DNA from: a virus
Strand: one strand, 5' to 3'
Virus record (IMG/VR): IMGVR_UViG_3300029712_000001
Length of the DNA: 64,000 nucleotides
The translations under genes and the position numbers were made by a program. Shown here piece after piece: positions 53,315 to 62,371 of the stretch. The notes beneath the pieces were generated by a model, which saw only the letters and a list, made by a program, of their open reading frames with translations, was not told the DNA's origin and searched no databases. Every line of letters begins with the position of its first letter. Positions within the stretch are counted from its first letter, which is position 1.

Positions 53315-53335
53315 CAGAAATTAAAAAAACCAAAT

Positions 53336-54304
53336 ATGGACAAAGATATTGACATAATTTCAATTACAATTAATGGTGAATCAAATTTTTCGCTTTTAAG
53401 GAGAAATTTCTCGCTTACACCTTCTGAGGCTCGTCAGGTATCGGAAGGGAAGATGGCTATCAGACAGTCTAAAAACTCATTGATTTTTCCTGGTATTCCT
53501 AAATATGCCAGAGATGAGTGGCATAAAGATAGAATTAAAAAGTTTGAAGAGACTGGTGTATGGGAGGCTCCTTCCAATATGTATTGGATGTTCAAGATGC
53601 AAACAGTAGCGTATATTTTAGCCAATGCAAACCCGTTTTCAAGCATTCAAGTAGATTATGATAAGTTAGCGTCTGGTATTGTTTATTTTTTTAGAGTGAC
53701 ATATTTTGGTATTACAACTATTCGCATAGAGGATCTTAATTATATAACAAATGTTGTCATAAGTGAGATAAGAGAAGTAAAAAGAATAGGGTACGCAAGA
53801 TATCTCAAGAATGCCAGAGAGAAATATCGAGATATGTTTGTTAGTAAAACCAGGTTTCGTTGTGTTAAAAAAGTAAGGGGAGAGAGAAGATGTGATACAG
53901 CAAGAAAGGAGAGGACGAAATCGAAGGTATGTGCTGTAGCTGAATTTATTCTTCAAAACCTAAAGAAGAGAAAGGGGGTGAGGAAGTTTATGACTAAAGA
54001 TGGAAGATTTAAAATAAATCTACTTATTAAAATTAAGGATTTGATACTTAGTAAATTTGGAGATGATTTGAAGTTCAGAAGAATAAGAGATTATATAAGA
54101 GAAGCATTATTATTCCTTAATATAAAAAAGGAACAAATATTAGAAGAATGTGCTATATATGATATGGAGGAGGATTATGACGAGTTCTTTGTTCGAAAAC
54201 TTATTCGAAAATATAGGCAATGGTCTTATTCTGTATTGGGGCATGTTGTTAATATGGTAATGCCTAAAAATAAAGATGATATGATTATTGAAATGATATG
54301 TTAG
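53336..54304 (+). CDS. basic protein, first gene of the replication block (possible initiator; unverified)
   Basis: The track start at 53312 is TTG; an ATG lies at 53336. The protein is Lys/Arg-rich and adjoins the structured intergenic region. Confidence 0.35.
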   Translation: MDKDIDIISITINGESNFSLLRRNFSLTPSEARQVSEGKMAIRQSKNSLIFPGIPKYARDEWHKDRIKKFEETGVWEAPSNMYWMFKMQTVAYILANANPFSSIQVDYDKLASGIVYFFRVTYFGITTIRIEDLNYITNVVISEIREVKRIGYARYLKNAREKYRDMFVSKTRFRCVKKVRGERRCDTARKERTKSKVCAVAEFILQNLKKRKGVRKFMTKDGRFKINLLIKIKDLILSKFGDDLKFRRIRDYIREALLFLNIKKEQILEECAIYDMEEDYDEFFVRKLIRKYRQWSYSVLGHVVNMVMPKNKDDMIIEMIC

Positions 54305-54405
54305 AATAGAATATTAGAATTTGTTACAAAGCCACTTATCTAATTTATTATTTCTTTTTAATTCTAATTAATTCATTTTATGTTTTATGTTTTATCTTAT
54401 TTTCA

Positions 54406-54413
54406 TACTTTTG
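54406..54413 (+). promoter_or_regulatory. -7 promoter box TACTTTTG
   Basis: Lies 26 nt upstream of the ATG at 54439. Confidence 0.45.
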
Positions 54414-54438
54414 TTTTATAGAACAAAATCAGAAAAAT

Positions 54439-55866
54439 ATGGCTATAAGTTACAACAAAAAACTAATGGAATGCGTTCTTCGTTCAGTTATGTCTGAAGG
54501 TAATGTCGCTCAAGGAAAGGCTATTAAGTCTATTTGTAAGTCACCTAAACCGCTTTTTATAACAGGTAGGGCCGGATCTGGGAAGACATTCTTCCTTAAA
54601 CGTATTATACCGGCATTAAAAAATGCGGTTGTTGTCGCTCCTACCGGTATTGCTGCTGTTAATGCAGGCGGCCAAACCATTCATTCTTTTTTTAGAATCG
54701 GTATGCAACCTTACATTCCTGAAATAAGGAAGGGTAAGTTTATGGATAATTGCGAAAACAAGTTCAGAGGAGAATCCGAAAAGATTTTACAGAATATAAA
54801 ATATCTTATCATAGACGAGATTTCTATGGTTCGACCTGATCTTCTTGATAATGTAGCTGACATTCTTCGTCACGCAAGAGGCGACAAGGATCCGTTTGGT
54901 GGTGTGAAACTTATTATGGTAGGCGACCTGTTTCAGCTCCCTCCTGTTATTAAAGAGGATTTCTTTAGAGAAATATACGATACATCTTATTTCTTCAGCT
55001 CTAAGTCCCTTATGGCTTCTGGTATGGAAATGGTGTCTTTTGAAAAAATATATCGTCAGAAAGATGAGAAATTTATTAGCATCCTTAATAAGGTTCGTGA
55101 TGGTCAGATGGACGATGATGTGTTTAGTACGTTAAATAGCAGATGTATTCAGCCTGAAAATGGCGCCGGGTATGTTGAGATCGTTACGACTAATGCCAAG
55201 GCTACGGCCATTAATGAGATGAGGATAAATTCGGTACCTGGATCTTTAAGAAAGTTCGAAGCTATTATAAAAGGTGATTATCCTAAAGAAGCTCCTGTTG
55301 AAAAGACGCTTCTTATAAAAGAAGGTTCCAGGGTTATGATCACTAGAAACGGAGGAGAGTATGTCAATGGTTCTCTTGGCGTTGTGTCTTCTATTAAGAA
55401 TGGAGAGATCGAAGTCGTTCTTGATCGTCCTAAAGATGAAGAACATACTAAGGTTATTATTACACCGTGTTCGTTCGATAAAGTAAAATACGTCAGAAAT
55501 GGGTACAAGGTAGAATCTGAAGTTATTGGTTCTATTGTTCAGTACCCGATAAAAGCTGGTTATTCGATAACTGTTCATCGCTGCCAAGGTCTTACGTTAG
55601 ATGCTGCCATGATGGACGTATCGAACTCTTTTGAAACAGGACAGTTATATACGGCACTTTCCAGAGTGAAAAGCTTGGACGGAATGTATCTTCGTCAACC
55701 TATCCCTAAAATGGTAAAGACAAGTGATCCGGTGGTTATTGATTTCTATAATAAAACACTTTCAAACGAAGGAATTGTTGAACCTATCTCAATGGAAGAA
55801 CTTGAGAAGTCAATGATCAATTTGTCAACCGGATCTGAAATAGATTTTGCAGAGTTTAATTTATAA
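54439..55866 (+). CDS. SF1 helicase, Pif1/RecD-like
   Basis: Walker A is GRAGSGKTF. Other motifs are APTGIAAVN..GQTIHSFF, LIIDEISMV, GDLFQLPPV, VHRCQGLTLD and LYTALSRV. Confidence 0.8.
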   Translation: MAISYNKKLMECVLRSVMSEGNVAQGKAIKSICKSPKPLFITGRAGSGKTFFLKRIIPALKNAVVVAPTGIAAVNAGGQTIHSFFRIGMQPYIPEIRKGKFMDNCENKFRGESEKILQNIKYLIIDEISMVRPDLLDNVADILRHARGDKDPFGGVKLIMVGDLFQLPPVIKEDFFREIYDTSYFFSSKSLMASGMEMVSFEKIYRQKDEKFISILNKVRDGQMDDDVFSTLNSRCIQPENGAGYVEIVTTNAKATAINEMRINSVPGSLRKFEAIIKGDYPKEAPVEKTLLIKEGSRVMITRNGGEYVNGSLGVVSSIKNGEIEVVLDRPKDEEHTKVIITPCSFDKVKYVRNGYKVESEVIGSIVQYPIKAGYSITVHRCQGLTLDAAMMDVSNSFETGQLYTALSRVKSLDGMYLRQPIPKMVKTSDPVVIDFYNKTLSNEGIVEPISMEELEKSMINLSTGSEIDFAEFNL

Positions 55867-55882
55867 AAAAAAAGATATAATT

Positions 55883-56755
55883 ATGTCGCGAGTAGATAAA
55901 ATATTTCAAGACAATTTGGCTCTTATAATGAGTCAGCCGTGGGAAGAGGTAAAGCGACCGGTCTACGGTGACGGGACAGGCGTCAAGGTGAAGCGTATCC
56001 TACAAGTATGTAACCAGTACGATCTTCGCCGGGAATTTCCTCTTGGTTCTCTTAGACCTAATAATCTTAAGAATGCCATAAAAGAAATTTTGTGGATTTG
56101 GCAAAAAAGATCGGTAGATATTAAAGATCTTGGTCTTCATATATGGGATCAGTGGGCTGATGATAATGGAAAGATAGAAGGATGTTATGGGGATATGGTG
56201 AACAGACATGTTTATATGGGAACCGGAAAAGCTCCAGAGGGTATGACAGATATCCATGATGGTCTTTACGGTTTTCTTAACCAAACAGACTTCATTCTTT
56301 GGTCACTCAAGAATGATCGTTCGTCAAGAAGAATAGTAGCATCTATGTTCGATCCTGAAACCAATAGTCTTAAGCCTCTTCAAGAATGCGCGTTTCAGAT
56401 CAATTTATCTGTTAAAGGAGATGAGCTGTATATGACTCTTTACCAGCGTAGCCAGGATGCTATTGTTGCCGGCCTATGGAACGTAGCCCAATATGCTGCA
56501 CTTATGATGATGTTCGCTCACGACGCAGGCCTGAAGCCGGCTATTTTTACGCACTTCATTCAAGATATGCACGTATATGACCGGCACGAAGAGCAGGCAA
56601 ACGAGCTCCTCCGTCGATCCCTATTCGGCCCGGTTCCACAGGTTACTATCTCGTCTCGTATGGAAGGGAAAGGATTTTATGATTTTGTGGCTGATGATTT
56701 TGAGGTATGGAATTATGAACCGAAGGAGCAAATAAAATTTGAGGTTGCGAAATGA
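55883..56755 (+). CDS. thyA: thymidylate synthase (ThyA) family enzyme, divergent
   Basis: Motifs are LQECAFQINL (catalytic Cys), LYQRSQDAIVAGLWNVAQYAALMMMFA and IQDMHVYDRH. The track's TTG start was replaced by the ATG at 55883. Confidence 0.7.
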   Translation: MSRVDKIFQDNLALIMSQPWEEVKRPVYGDGTGVKVKRILQVCNQYDLRREFPLGSLRPNNLKNAIKEILWIWQKRSVDIKDLGLHIWDQWADDNGKIEGCYGDMVNRHVYMGTGKAPEGMTDIHDGLYGFLNQTDFILWSLKNDRSSRRIVASMFDPETNSLKPLQECAFQINLSVKGDELYMTLYQRSQDAIVAGLWNVAQYAALMMMFAHDAGLKPAIFTHFIQDMHVYDRHEEQANELLRRSLFGPVPQVTISSRMEGKGFYDFVADDFEVWNYEPKEQIKFEVAK

Positions 56756-57054
56756 AAATAAGCATAGATCGAAGGGTTAAGATGGTTCCTATCATGGAAA
56801 TCAATGCCGGAGATGAAGTTAATATCGGAGGTTTTGATTATGTTGTTGAAAACATAATTCCATGCAGGAAAGGGTCTTATTCAGATGCGTATGGAGTTAG
56901 GTTGGTCATATCTTCTTATAAGCATGGCCAACTTGTAAGGAAAGTAGATAGTGTTTTTTCTATCGATTCTATTTTAGTATTCCTCCCTAAAGGAGATTCT
57001 GTTGTAGTAGAGTGCTCTTATAGAGAACTTGAAGAATATTTCCCTAAAATATAG
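56752..57054 (+). CDS. hypothetical protein
   Basis: 100 aa with an ATGA overlap to thyA. Confidence 0.45.
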   Translation: MKISIDRRVKMVPIMEINAGDEVNIGGFDYVVENIIPCRKGSYSDAYGVRLVISSYKHGQLVRKVDSVFSIDSILVFLPKGDSVVVECSYRELEEYFPKI

Positions 57055-57058
57055 TACA

Positions 57059-57307
57059 ATGACAGGCGAAGAAAAATGTAACCGATGCGAGCAGTTTGGG
57101 CCGAACGGTCTCACTGACTATCCATGTAAAAGGATTCCATCAAGGAACTGTCCTTGGTTTATTAAAATATCGGATAAGAAATATAAGAAGATTCTTGCCG
57201 ATAGGGTGAAAAGAATTAAGGAGAATGAGAAACTTAAGCAGAAAATGATGAAAGATCAGGATCTTGTTGAAGAAGTAAAACAAAACACGAAAAGATTAAT
57301 GCAATGA
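57059..57307 (+). CDS. small Cys-containing basic protein
   Basis: ATG at 57059 (track start is TTG). Motif CNRC..C..C, with a Lys-rich C-terminus. Confidence 0.4.
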   Translation: MTGEEKCNRCEQFGPNGLTDYPCKRIPSRNCPWFIKISDKKYKKILADRVKRIKENEKLKQKMMKDQDLVEEVKQNTKRLMQ

Positions 57308-57738
57308 AAAAGAAAAATATAAAACCAGAAGAAGTGGAAGTCGTTATTCCTAAAGAAGTAGAAGCTATTAACATATGTGGGGATATCAATGGTTTTATAA
57401 AACATATTATATATGTCAGCTTGGATAAGGTGAGTAGTGATAGGGCGTTTGTCAATAACGATATTCTGTATATGGTTACATACGCATCTATAAAAGGTGA
57501 AAATATACCCGTTGGTGTATTAGCAAAACAAAAGGATGCTAATACAGAAGATATCGCTATGCCGTTTGGGGATATTGGAAGGGATGTAAATGTAGTGTAT
57601 CCTATTGAAATAGGAAAGAAGTTTAAAGGATTTTATATTCTTAGTAATGGTGCTGTGGCTATCGATTACGAACTTACAGACAATGGAGGTTTTGAAAATG
57701 ACGATAGTATTGGTAAAATCGACATGAATCTAAATTGA
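57304..57738 (+). CDS. hypothetical protein
   Basis: 144 aa with an ATGA overlap to the upstream gene. Confidence 0.45.
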   Translation: MKKKNIKPEEVEVVIPKEVEAINICGDINGFIKHIIYVSLDKVSSDRAFVNNDILYMVTYASIKGENIPVGVLAKQKDANTEDIAMPFGDIGRDVNVVYPIEIGKKFKGFYILSNGAVAIDYELTDNGGFENDDSIGKIDMNLN

Positions 57739-57744
57739 TATATT

Positions 57745-58278
57745 ATGGTATTATATATAGCAGCAGACCCAGGAAAAGATGGAGCCATAGCCTGCATCGA
57801 TCAAGACAGCAAACTAATATCGAGAATCTCAACCCCAAGAATATCAGCTTCAGGACCGGTAGACTTGACTAAAGAATATGTTTTTTGCCGGGATACGATC
57901 GTAGAAAACAATCCTGATAGGGTAGTATTTGTCATAGAGGACGTCCACGCACTGTACGGGGTCAGCACGTCCTCTACAGCCTCCCTCATGGAGAACAAAG
58001 GCCAACTGCATGGGCTGTTCCTCTCCCTCTGCATGGCATTTACGGACATAAGTTGCTCCGTTAATTTCATAGCCCCTAAAACATGGCAGAAATTGGTTTG
58101 GACGCATTCTGATAAGGTCATGGAAGCCAGTAAGGTAAATACTAAGAAAACGTCATTGGCTTGCGCTAAAAGGCTGTGGCCAAACGATACGTTCGTTAAA
58201 AACGAAAGATGTAAGACAGCCCATGACGGTATAGTTGATGCGATGCTTATAGCAGAAGCAGCAAGAAGAACCATTTAA
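57745..58278 (+). CDS. ruvC: RuvC-like Holliday junction resolvase
   Basis: Motifs are IAADPGKDGAIA (Asp 1), FVIEDVH (Glu) and AHDGIVDAMLIAEAA (Asp/Asp). Confidence 0.7.
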   Translation: MVLYIAADPGKDGAIACIDQDSKLISRISTPRISASGPVDLTKEYVFCRDTIVENNPDRVVFVIEDVHALYGVSTSSTASLMENKGQLHGLFLSLCMAFTDISCSVNFIAPKTWQKLVWTHSDKVMEASKVNTKKTSLACAKRLWPNDTFVKNERCKTAHDGIVDAMLIAEAARRTI

Positions 58279-58331
58279 TCTATTTTAAATCATTTTAAAT
58301 CCAATTAATTCAAAATTAGATTTTAAAATAA

Positions 58332-58339
58332 TACATTTG
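58332..58339 (+). promoter_or_regulatory. -7 promoter box TACATTTG
   Basis: Lies 36 nt upstream of the ATG at 58375. Confidence 0.4.
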
Positions 58340-58374
58340 CAGTGTTAGATAATCATAATCGTAAGTTTTAAAAA

Positions 58375-59484
58375 ATGAAAGTAAGAGTTCCTGGCATACT
58401 AATGAATGAGAAACTTTCAAACATTTCAAAGATGTTTGATAAGGTTCTAAAGGATTGTGTCACATCGAATATAAAAATTACTTTATATTTTGATCATATC
58501 CGGATACAAGCCATGAACGAACGTATAACATATACGGATGATATTTTCGATGTGAATACTGATATTTCTTGTGACCATAAGTTTTCTTTTTTAGTAGATG
58601 CCGGGACTCTTATTTCGTTTTTTAAAAATCATAACCAGGATATAGAGATAGAGATTAAAAACGATTACAGTATCGTTTTTAAATACGATAGAGGATCTTT
58701 TTCTTCTACTTGGATTGAGGATAAGGCTTTCCCTGATTTCTTTTATCCTGTAGGTGATGGTATTCGTGTTATGAGCTCGTCTTTCATTCAGTCTATGAAA
58801 AGATCTTTTGCGTTTGTTGGATCGGATGAATTTAGACCGGCTATAGGCTCGATTCTTCTTAATGTGAAGAAGGACTATATTGACATTGTTTCTACTGATA
58901 TGTTCCGTCTGTTTATAAACAGGAAAGAGTATGCTAATGCAGTAGAAGAAAGGTCGATTATGTTAAGTGAGGTCGCGGCTTCCATTTTATACCGCTTTCT
59001 GTCTGATAAGGATACGGAGATCAGTATTTCAACAGATGGTGTTAGGACGTTCTTGTGCTTTGATAATGTGATTATATCGGATATGAACGTAGAAAAACAG
59101 TATCCTAACTACGAATACGTATGTAATAAATTCGAAAAATCTTCGAGTGTTAAGTTCGACAGGGATTTGCTTATATCGGTTCTTAATTCCATGACTTTAG
59201 TGGATAATGTTGTCAATGTTAAGGTAGATAAAGAAAACGGCATAACAGTGATGTCTGAGGATTTTGGAAATAGAAAAAAGATAATGGAATCAATGCCTTT
59301 GAATGCGCTTGAAGGCCCGTGTTTTAATTTTTCTATCGGTAAGGAAAATATACTGTCTTCCGTAAAATCACTTATAAAAGGAGATGTTGTCATGGATTGG
59401 TCTGATCAGTATAAGATGATAAAGATGTTCAATCCTAAATACGAATCAACATACGTCTTAAATCAAACATTGTATAATCTATAA
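58375..59484 (+). CDS. DNA polymerase sliding-clamp (beta/DnaN-like) protein
   Basis: 369 aa. The size fits a three-domain clamp, and FRPAIGSILLNVKKDYIDIVSTDMFRL resembles the DnaN domain-II signature (..GV.L......L..VATDGHRL). Confidence 0.5.
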   Translation: MKVRVPGILMNEKLSNISKMFDKVLKDCVTSNIKITLYFDHIRIQAMNERITYTDDIFDVNTDISCDHKFSFLVDAGTLISFFKNHNQDIEIEIKNDYSIVFKYDRGSFSSTWIEDKAFPDFFYPVGDGIRVMSSSFIQSMKRSFAFVGSDEFRPAIGSILLNVKKDYIDIVSTDMFRLFINRKEYANAVEERSIMLSEVAASILYRFLSDKDTEISISTDGVRTFLCFDNVIISDMNVEKQYPNYEYVCNKFEKSSSVKFDRDLLISVLNSMTLVDNVVNVKVDKENGITVMSEDFGNRKKIMESMPLNALEGPCFNFSIGKENILSSVKSLIKGDVVMDWSDQYKMIKMFNPKYESTYVLNQTLYNL

Positions 59485-59496
59485 AAAAATAATAAT

Positions 59497-60444
59497 ATGG
59501 CTTTTAGAGAAAACAGAAGTTTTGGTACAACTTATTATCTGTATATTAATTCAGATGGTAACTTGTATGAAAAAAGTAACGAACCAAAAGAAGGTTTTGT
59601 TCAGCACATAAATCCTAATAGCGGTCAGCCGGCTGGATATTGGAAAGAGTATTATAATGGAGTAGTTGGATACATCAACTACATCGGGTTAAAGTCAAGC
59701 TCTTTCTCTAATGGAAATACTGTTACTAATTTCCTTATCGTATTAAAAGATTACGAGCTTAATGAAAACTATTGTATTTCCATACCTCTCGTTAATCAAA
59801 AAGGAAATATCAAGGGCTTTGTTAAGAGCTTCGTAAAATACTACGAAAACATCGATTTCAGTCGTGAAATTTATTTCAATGTCTTTAAGAAGAAGAAAGA
59901 TGACGAGTTTGGATCTTCGGAGCTTATTATCGCATATGCCGGAGTAGACGGAGAAAAAGATCAGCTTGTTGAACGTTTTTATAAAAAAGGCGTAAATGGT
60001 TGGCCTGACCCTGTTGAAGTTACAGGATTTGATGGCAAGAAAAGCCTCGATTATTCAGCTCAAAACAACTTTACTTATCAGAAGATTACTGAATATTCAA
60101 ACAGGTTCAATGCTTCTATTAAAGACATCAGAGCCGGTATAATGGCTAAATTAGGTTTAGGAGGAAATACTCAGCAAGAGCCTACAGCTCCTCAGACTTA
60201 TACCCAGCAGCCGGCCGAGCCTCAACAGGTTCAACAACCTCAGTCTGTTCCGAGTGCTATTCCGTATCAAAATTACCAACAGCCTGCTCAACAGCCAGCA
60301 CAGTATCAGGCACCGGCTCAGCCTGCTGCACCTGCCCAGGCGCCTACTACAAGGAGCACCAAGCCTCAGCATCAGACGCAGCCACAGCCGCAAGCACAGA
60401 TGCCGAACTTTCCTCCTATGGAAGAAGAAGACCTTCCATTTTAA
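59497..60444 (+). CDS. ssb: single-stranded DNA-binding-type protein
   Basis: A globular N-terminal domain is followed by a long P/Q/A-rich linker and an acidic tip ..MEEEDLPF, comparable to the bacterial SSB C-terminal DDDIPF. Confidence 0.5.
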   Translation: MAFRENRSFGTTYYLYINSDGNLYEKSNEPKEGFVQHINPNSGQPAGYWKEYYNGVVGYINYIGLKSSSFSNGNTVTNFLIVLKDYELNENYCISIPLVNQKGNIKGFVKSFVKYYENIDFSREIYFNVFKKKKDDEFGSSELIIAYAGVDGEKDQLVERFYKKGVNGWPDPVEVTGFDGKKSLDYSAQNNFTYQKITEYSNRFNASIKDIRAGIMAKLGLGGNTQQEPTAPQTYTQQPAEPQQVQQPQSVPSAIPYQNYQQPAQQPAQYQAPAQPAAPAQAPTTRSTKPQHQTQPQPQAQMPNFPPMEEEDLPF

Positions 60445-60499
60445 TATAAACATCAGCCCAGGAGAATAACATCTCTTGGGCTTTTAAAGATTGTGTAGA

Positions 60500-60748
60500 A
60501 TGATGGTAGAAATAGTTACAAGATTTCCCCTTATTAAACTTCGTAGGAAAGTGACAGAAGAAAGGATTATGGCGAAGCATGGGGATAAATTATGTATGAT
60601 CTACTCAGAAACCAGAGAAAAATATAAGCAAGGAGATGAGTGGGTCGATGATCCTAATGATGCAGACATAAGTACTTTTCGTGAGTGCTATGAATCAACT
60701 AAGGATATAAAAAAAGAAGGTATTGTTTATTGTACTATAAAAATATGA
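60500..60748 (+). CDS. hypothetical small protein
   Basis: ATG at 60500 (track start is TTG); an alternative ATG lies at 60569. Confidence 0.35.
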   Translation: MMVEIVTRFPLIKLRRKVTEERIMAKHGDKLCMIYSETREKYKQGDEWVDDPNDADISTFRECYESTKDIKKEGIVYCTIKI

Positions 60749-61401
60749 TTATGGATAAGTTAGAAGATATTGAAAGACTTCTTTCTGAAAAAGAAGATAG
60801 CAAGAAGGATACTGTTTCTGAAAAGAACAACAAACATAAAAAAGAAGATAAGGTCGTTAATAAAATACCTGAATCGTATTTGACTCCAGGTTATCAGAAG
60901 ACTGTGCAGGTAGGTATTAAGAAACTTTATCCTGATGTCGTGGTACCTGAATACAAACATGATGGCGATGCATGTTGTGATATTCGTGCATATAGAGTGG
61001 TGAAGATGGTGAATGACATGGGAGTGGAAATAGATGTTCCTTCCGATTTTGAATCAATTACCTTATATCAAGGTTATTCTGTTAGAATCGGAACCGGCTT
61101 CAAGTTGAATATCCCAGAAGGATGGTGCGTGAATGTAGAAGGAAGATCAGGATTCTCTTTTGACGAGGGAGTGGTAGTTACTAACGCACCCGGTAAATGC
61201 GAATTTACCTACAAAGGAGAGTATATGGTTAATCTTACTAAAATCAATAAAAAACCGACCGTAATCCATAAAAACGATCGAATAGCTCAGATGGAAATCG
61301 TTCCACAATACAAAATGGTATTGGAAGAGGTGACAGATATTGAGGTAGAAGACGGAAATGAACGTGGAGAAAAAGGTCTTGGTAGTTCTGGAGTTAAGTA
61401 A
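60745..61401 (+). CDS. dut: dUTPase with N-terminal extension
   Basis: Motifs are CCDIRAY, GRSGFS, GKCEFTYKGEYMVNL, DRIAQMEI and C-terminal RGEKGLGSSG. ATG at 60745. Confidence 0.8.
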   Translation: MIMDKLEDIERLLSEKEDSKKDTVSEKNNKHKKEDKVVNKIPESYLTPGYQKTVQVGIKKLYPDVVVPEYKHDGDACCDIRAYRVVKMVNDMGVEIDVPSDFESITLYQGYSVRIGTGFKLNIPEGWCVNVEGRSGFSFDEGVVVTNAPGKCEFTYKGEYMVNLTKINKKPTVIHKNDRIAQMEIVPQYKMVLEEVTDIEVEDGNERGEKGLGSSGVK

Positions 61402-61419
61402 TGTTTAAATATTTTGAAA

Positions 61420-62151
61420 ATGAGCATGTTAGGTTTTACATTCATCACAGACAGCAAGCTGTCAATGTACAGGGAAAAAGCTATTAAATCCGAAAATCTT
61501 GCAAAAGAAATTGAGGAAATGCAGGATAAGGCTGATTTTTACAAGGAAAGGCTTTCCGAACTTAAGTCAGATATTGCTTCAAAGGATAAAGAGATTTTAT
61601 CTATTGGCAAAGATCTTTCTGAGTCTAAGGAAAAGATTGACGCCTTAAAGGAAAATCAGAAAAAGCTGATAAAAAGCGTCAAGAAGAAAACGGAAGAACT
61701 TGATGCGGCCAAGGCTGATCTTGACAAAGCTAAGTCTGATCTTGATGAGGCTAATTACAAAATCAGTAACTTGGAAGAAAAGAAAAACAGTATATCATTT
61801 GAATTAAAAAAGAAATCAAATGAATTGATTGAAGCCAGGATCAGAATCGGAGATTTGGAAAATGAGGTTTCTATTGGAGCCAAGGCAATACTGGAGTTAG
61901 AATCGAAGCTGAAATCAATGCAAGTAGAATTAAGAGGCTACCAGATAGGTATAATCGGTAAAGACAAAAACGATGTCGCTGAGCCGGAATTGGATAAAGA
62001 TGAGGAGTCAGATAAGGATGTGGCAGAACCAGAGAAGTCCGATGTTGTTCCTGAGACGGATGTGATTCAGGAAGAAGCCGGTGATATTGTGGAGTCCGAA
62101 AACGAAGCTGAACGAGTAAAAGACACCAAAAAGAAGAAGAAAAAGAAATAA
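61420..62151 (+). CDS. coiled-coil protein with acidic tail and poly-Lys end
   Basis: The heptad-rich K/E sequence ends KKKKKKK. ATG at 61420. Confidence 0.5.
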   Translation: MSMLGFTFITDSKLSMYREKAIKSENLAKEIEEMQDKADFYKERLSELKSDIASKDKEILSIGKDLSESKEKIDALKENQKKLIKSVKKKTEELDAAKADLDKAKSDLDEANYKISNLEEKKNSISFELKKKSNELIEARIRIGDLENEVSIGAKAILELESKLKSMQVELRGYQIGIIGKDKNDVAEPELDKDEESDKDVAEPEKSDVVPETDVIQEEAGDIVESENEAERVKDTKKKKKKK

Positions 62152-62259
62152 GTATTTTAATCTTTTTTTTATGTTTTAAAGTTTGCCATATTATGGGTTA
62201 GTACTTAACTTTGCGTTGAGAGAGTTTTTAGGATAATTATTGGTTAATATTTAGCTGTT

Positions 62260-62295
62260 ATATGCAGGCGTCTGTGAAGGCTCCTGCATATTTTT
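62260..62295 (+). terminator. intrinsic terminator
   Basis: Stem ATATGCAGG/CCTGCATAT plus TTTTT, ending 3 nt before the first tRNA. Confidence 0.6.
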
Positions 62296-62297
62296 AA

Positions 62298-62370
62298 GGT
62301 CCTGTAGCTTAGTGGTGAAAGCAGGCGGCTCATAACCGCAAGATCGTGGGTTCAAATCCCTCCGGGACCA
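62298..62370 (+). tRNA. tRNA anticodon CAU (Met, or Ile2 if lysidinylated)
   Basis: Acceptor is GGTCCTG/CGGGACC, D arm TAGCTTAGTGGTGAAAGC, anticodon loop CTCATAA and T arm GTGGG-TTCAAAT-CCCTC. Confidence 0.85.
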
Positions 62371-62371
62371 C

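Noticed and set aside
1093-60469. Dozens of 60-370-aa ORFs on the strand opposite to the large genes. Examples are 16689-17801 (+), 36580-37410 (+), 41030-41737 (+), 57801-58274 (-) and 60157-60453 (-).
   Set aside because: They lie entirely inside longer, motif-bearing ORFs on the other strand. They have low-complexity or serine/leucine/isoleucine-rich translations, no start context and no promoter boxes. They are treated as antisense shadows.
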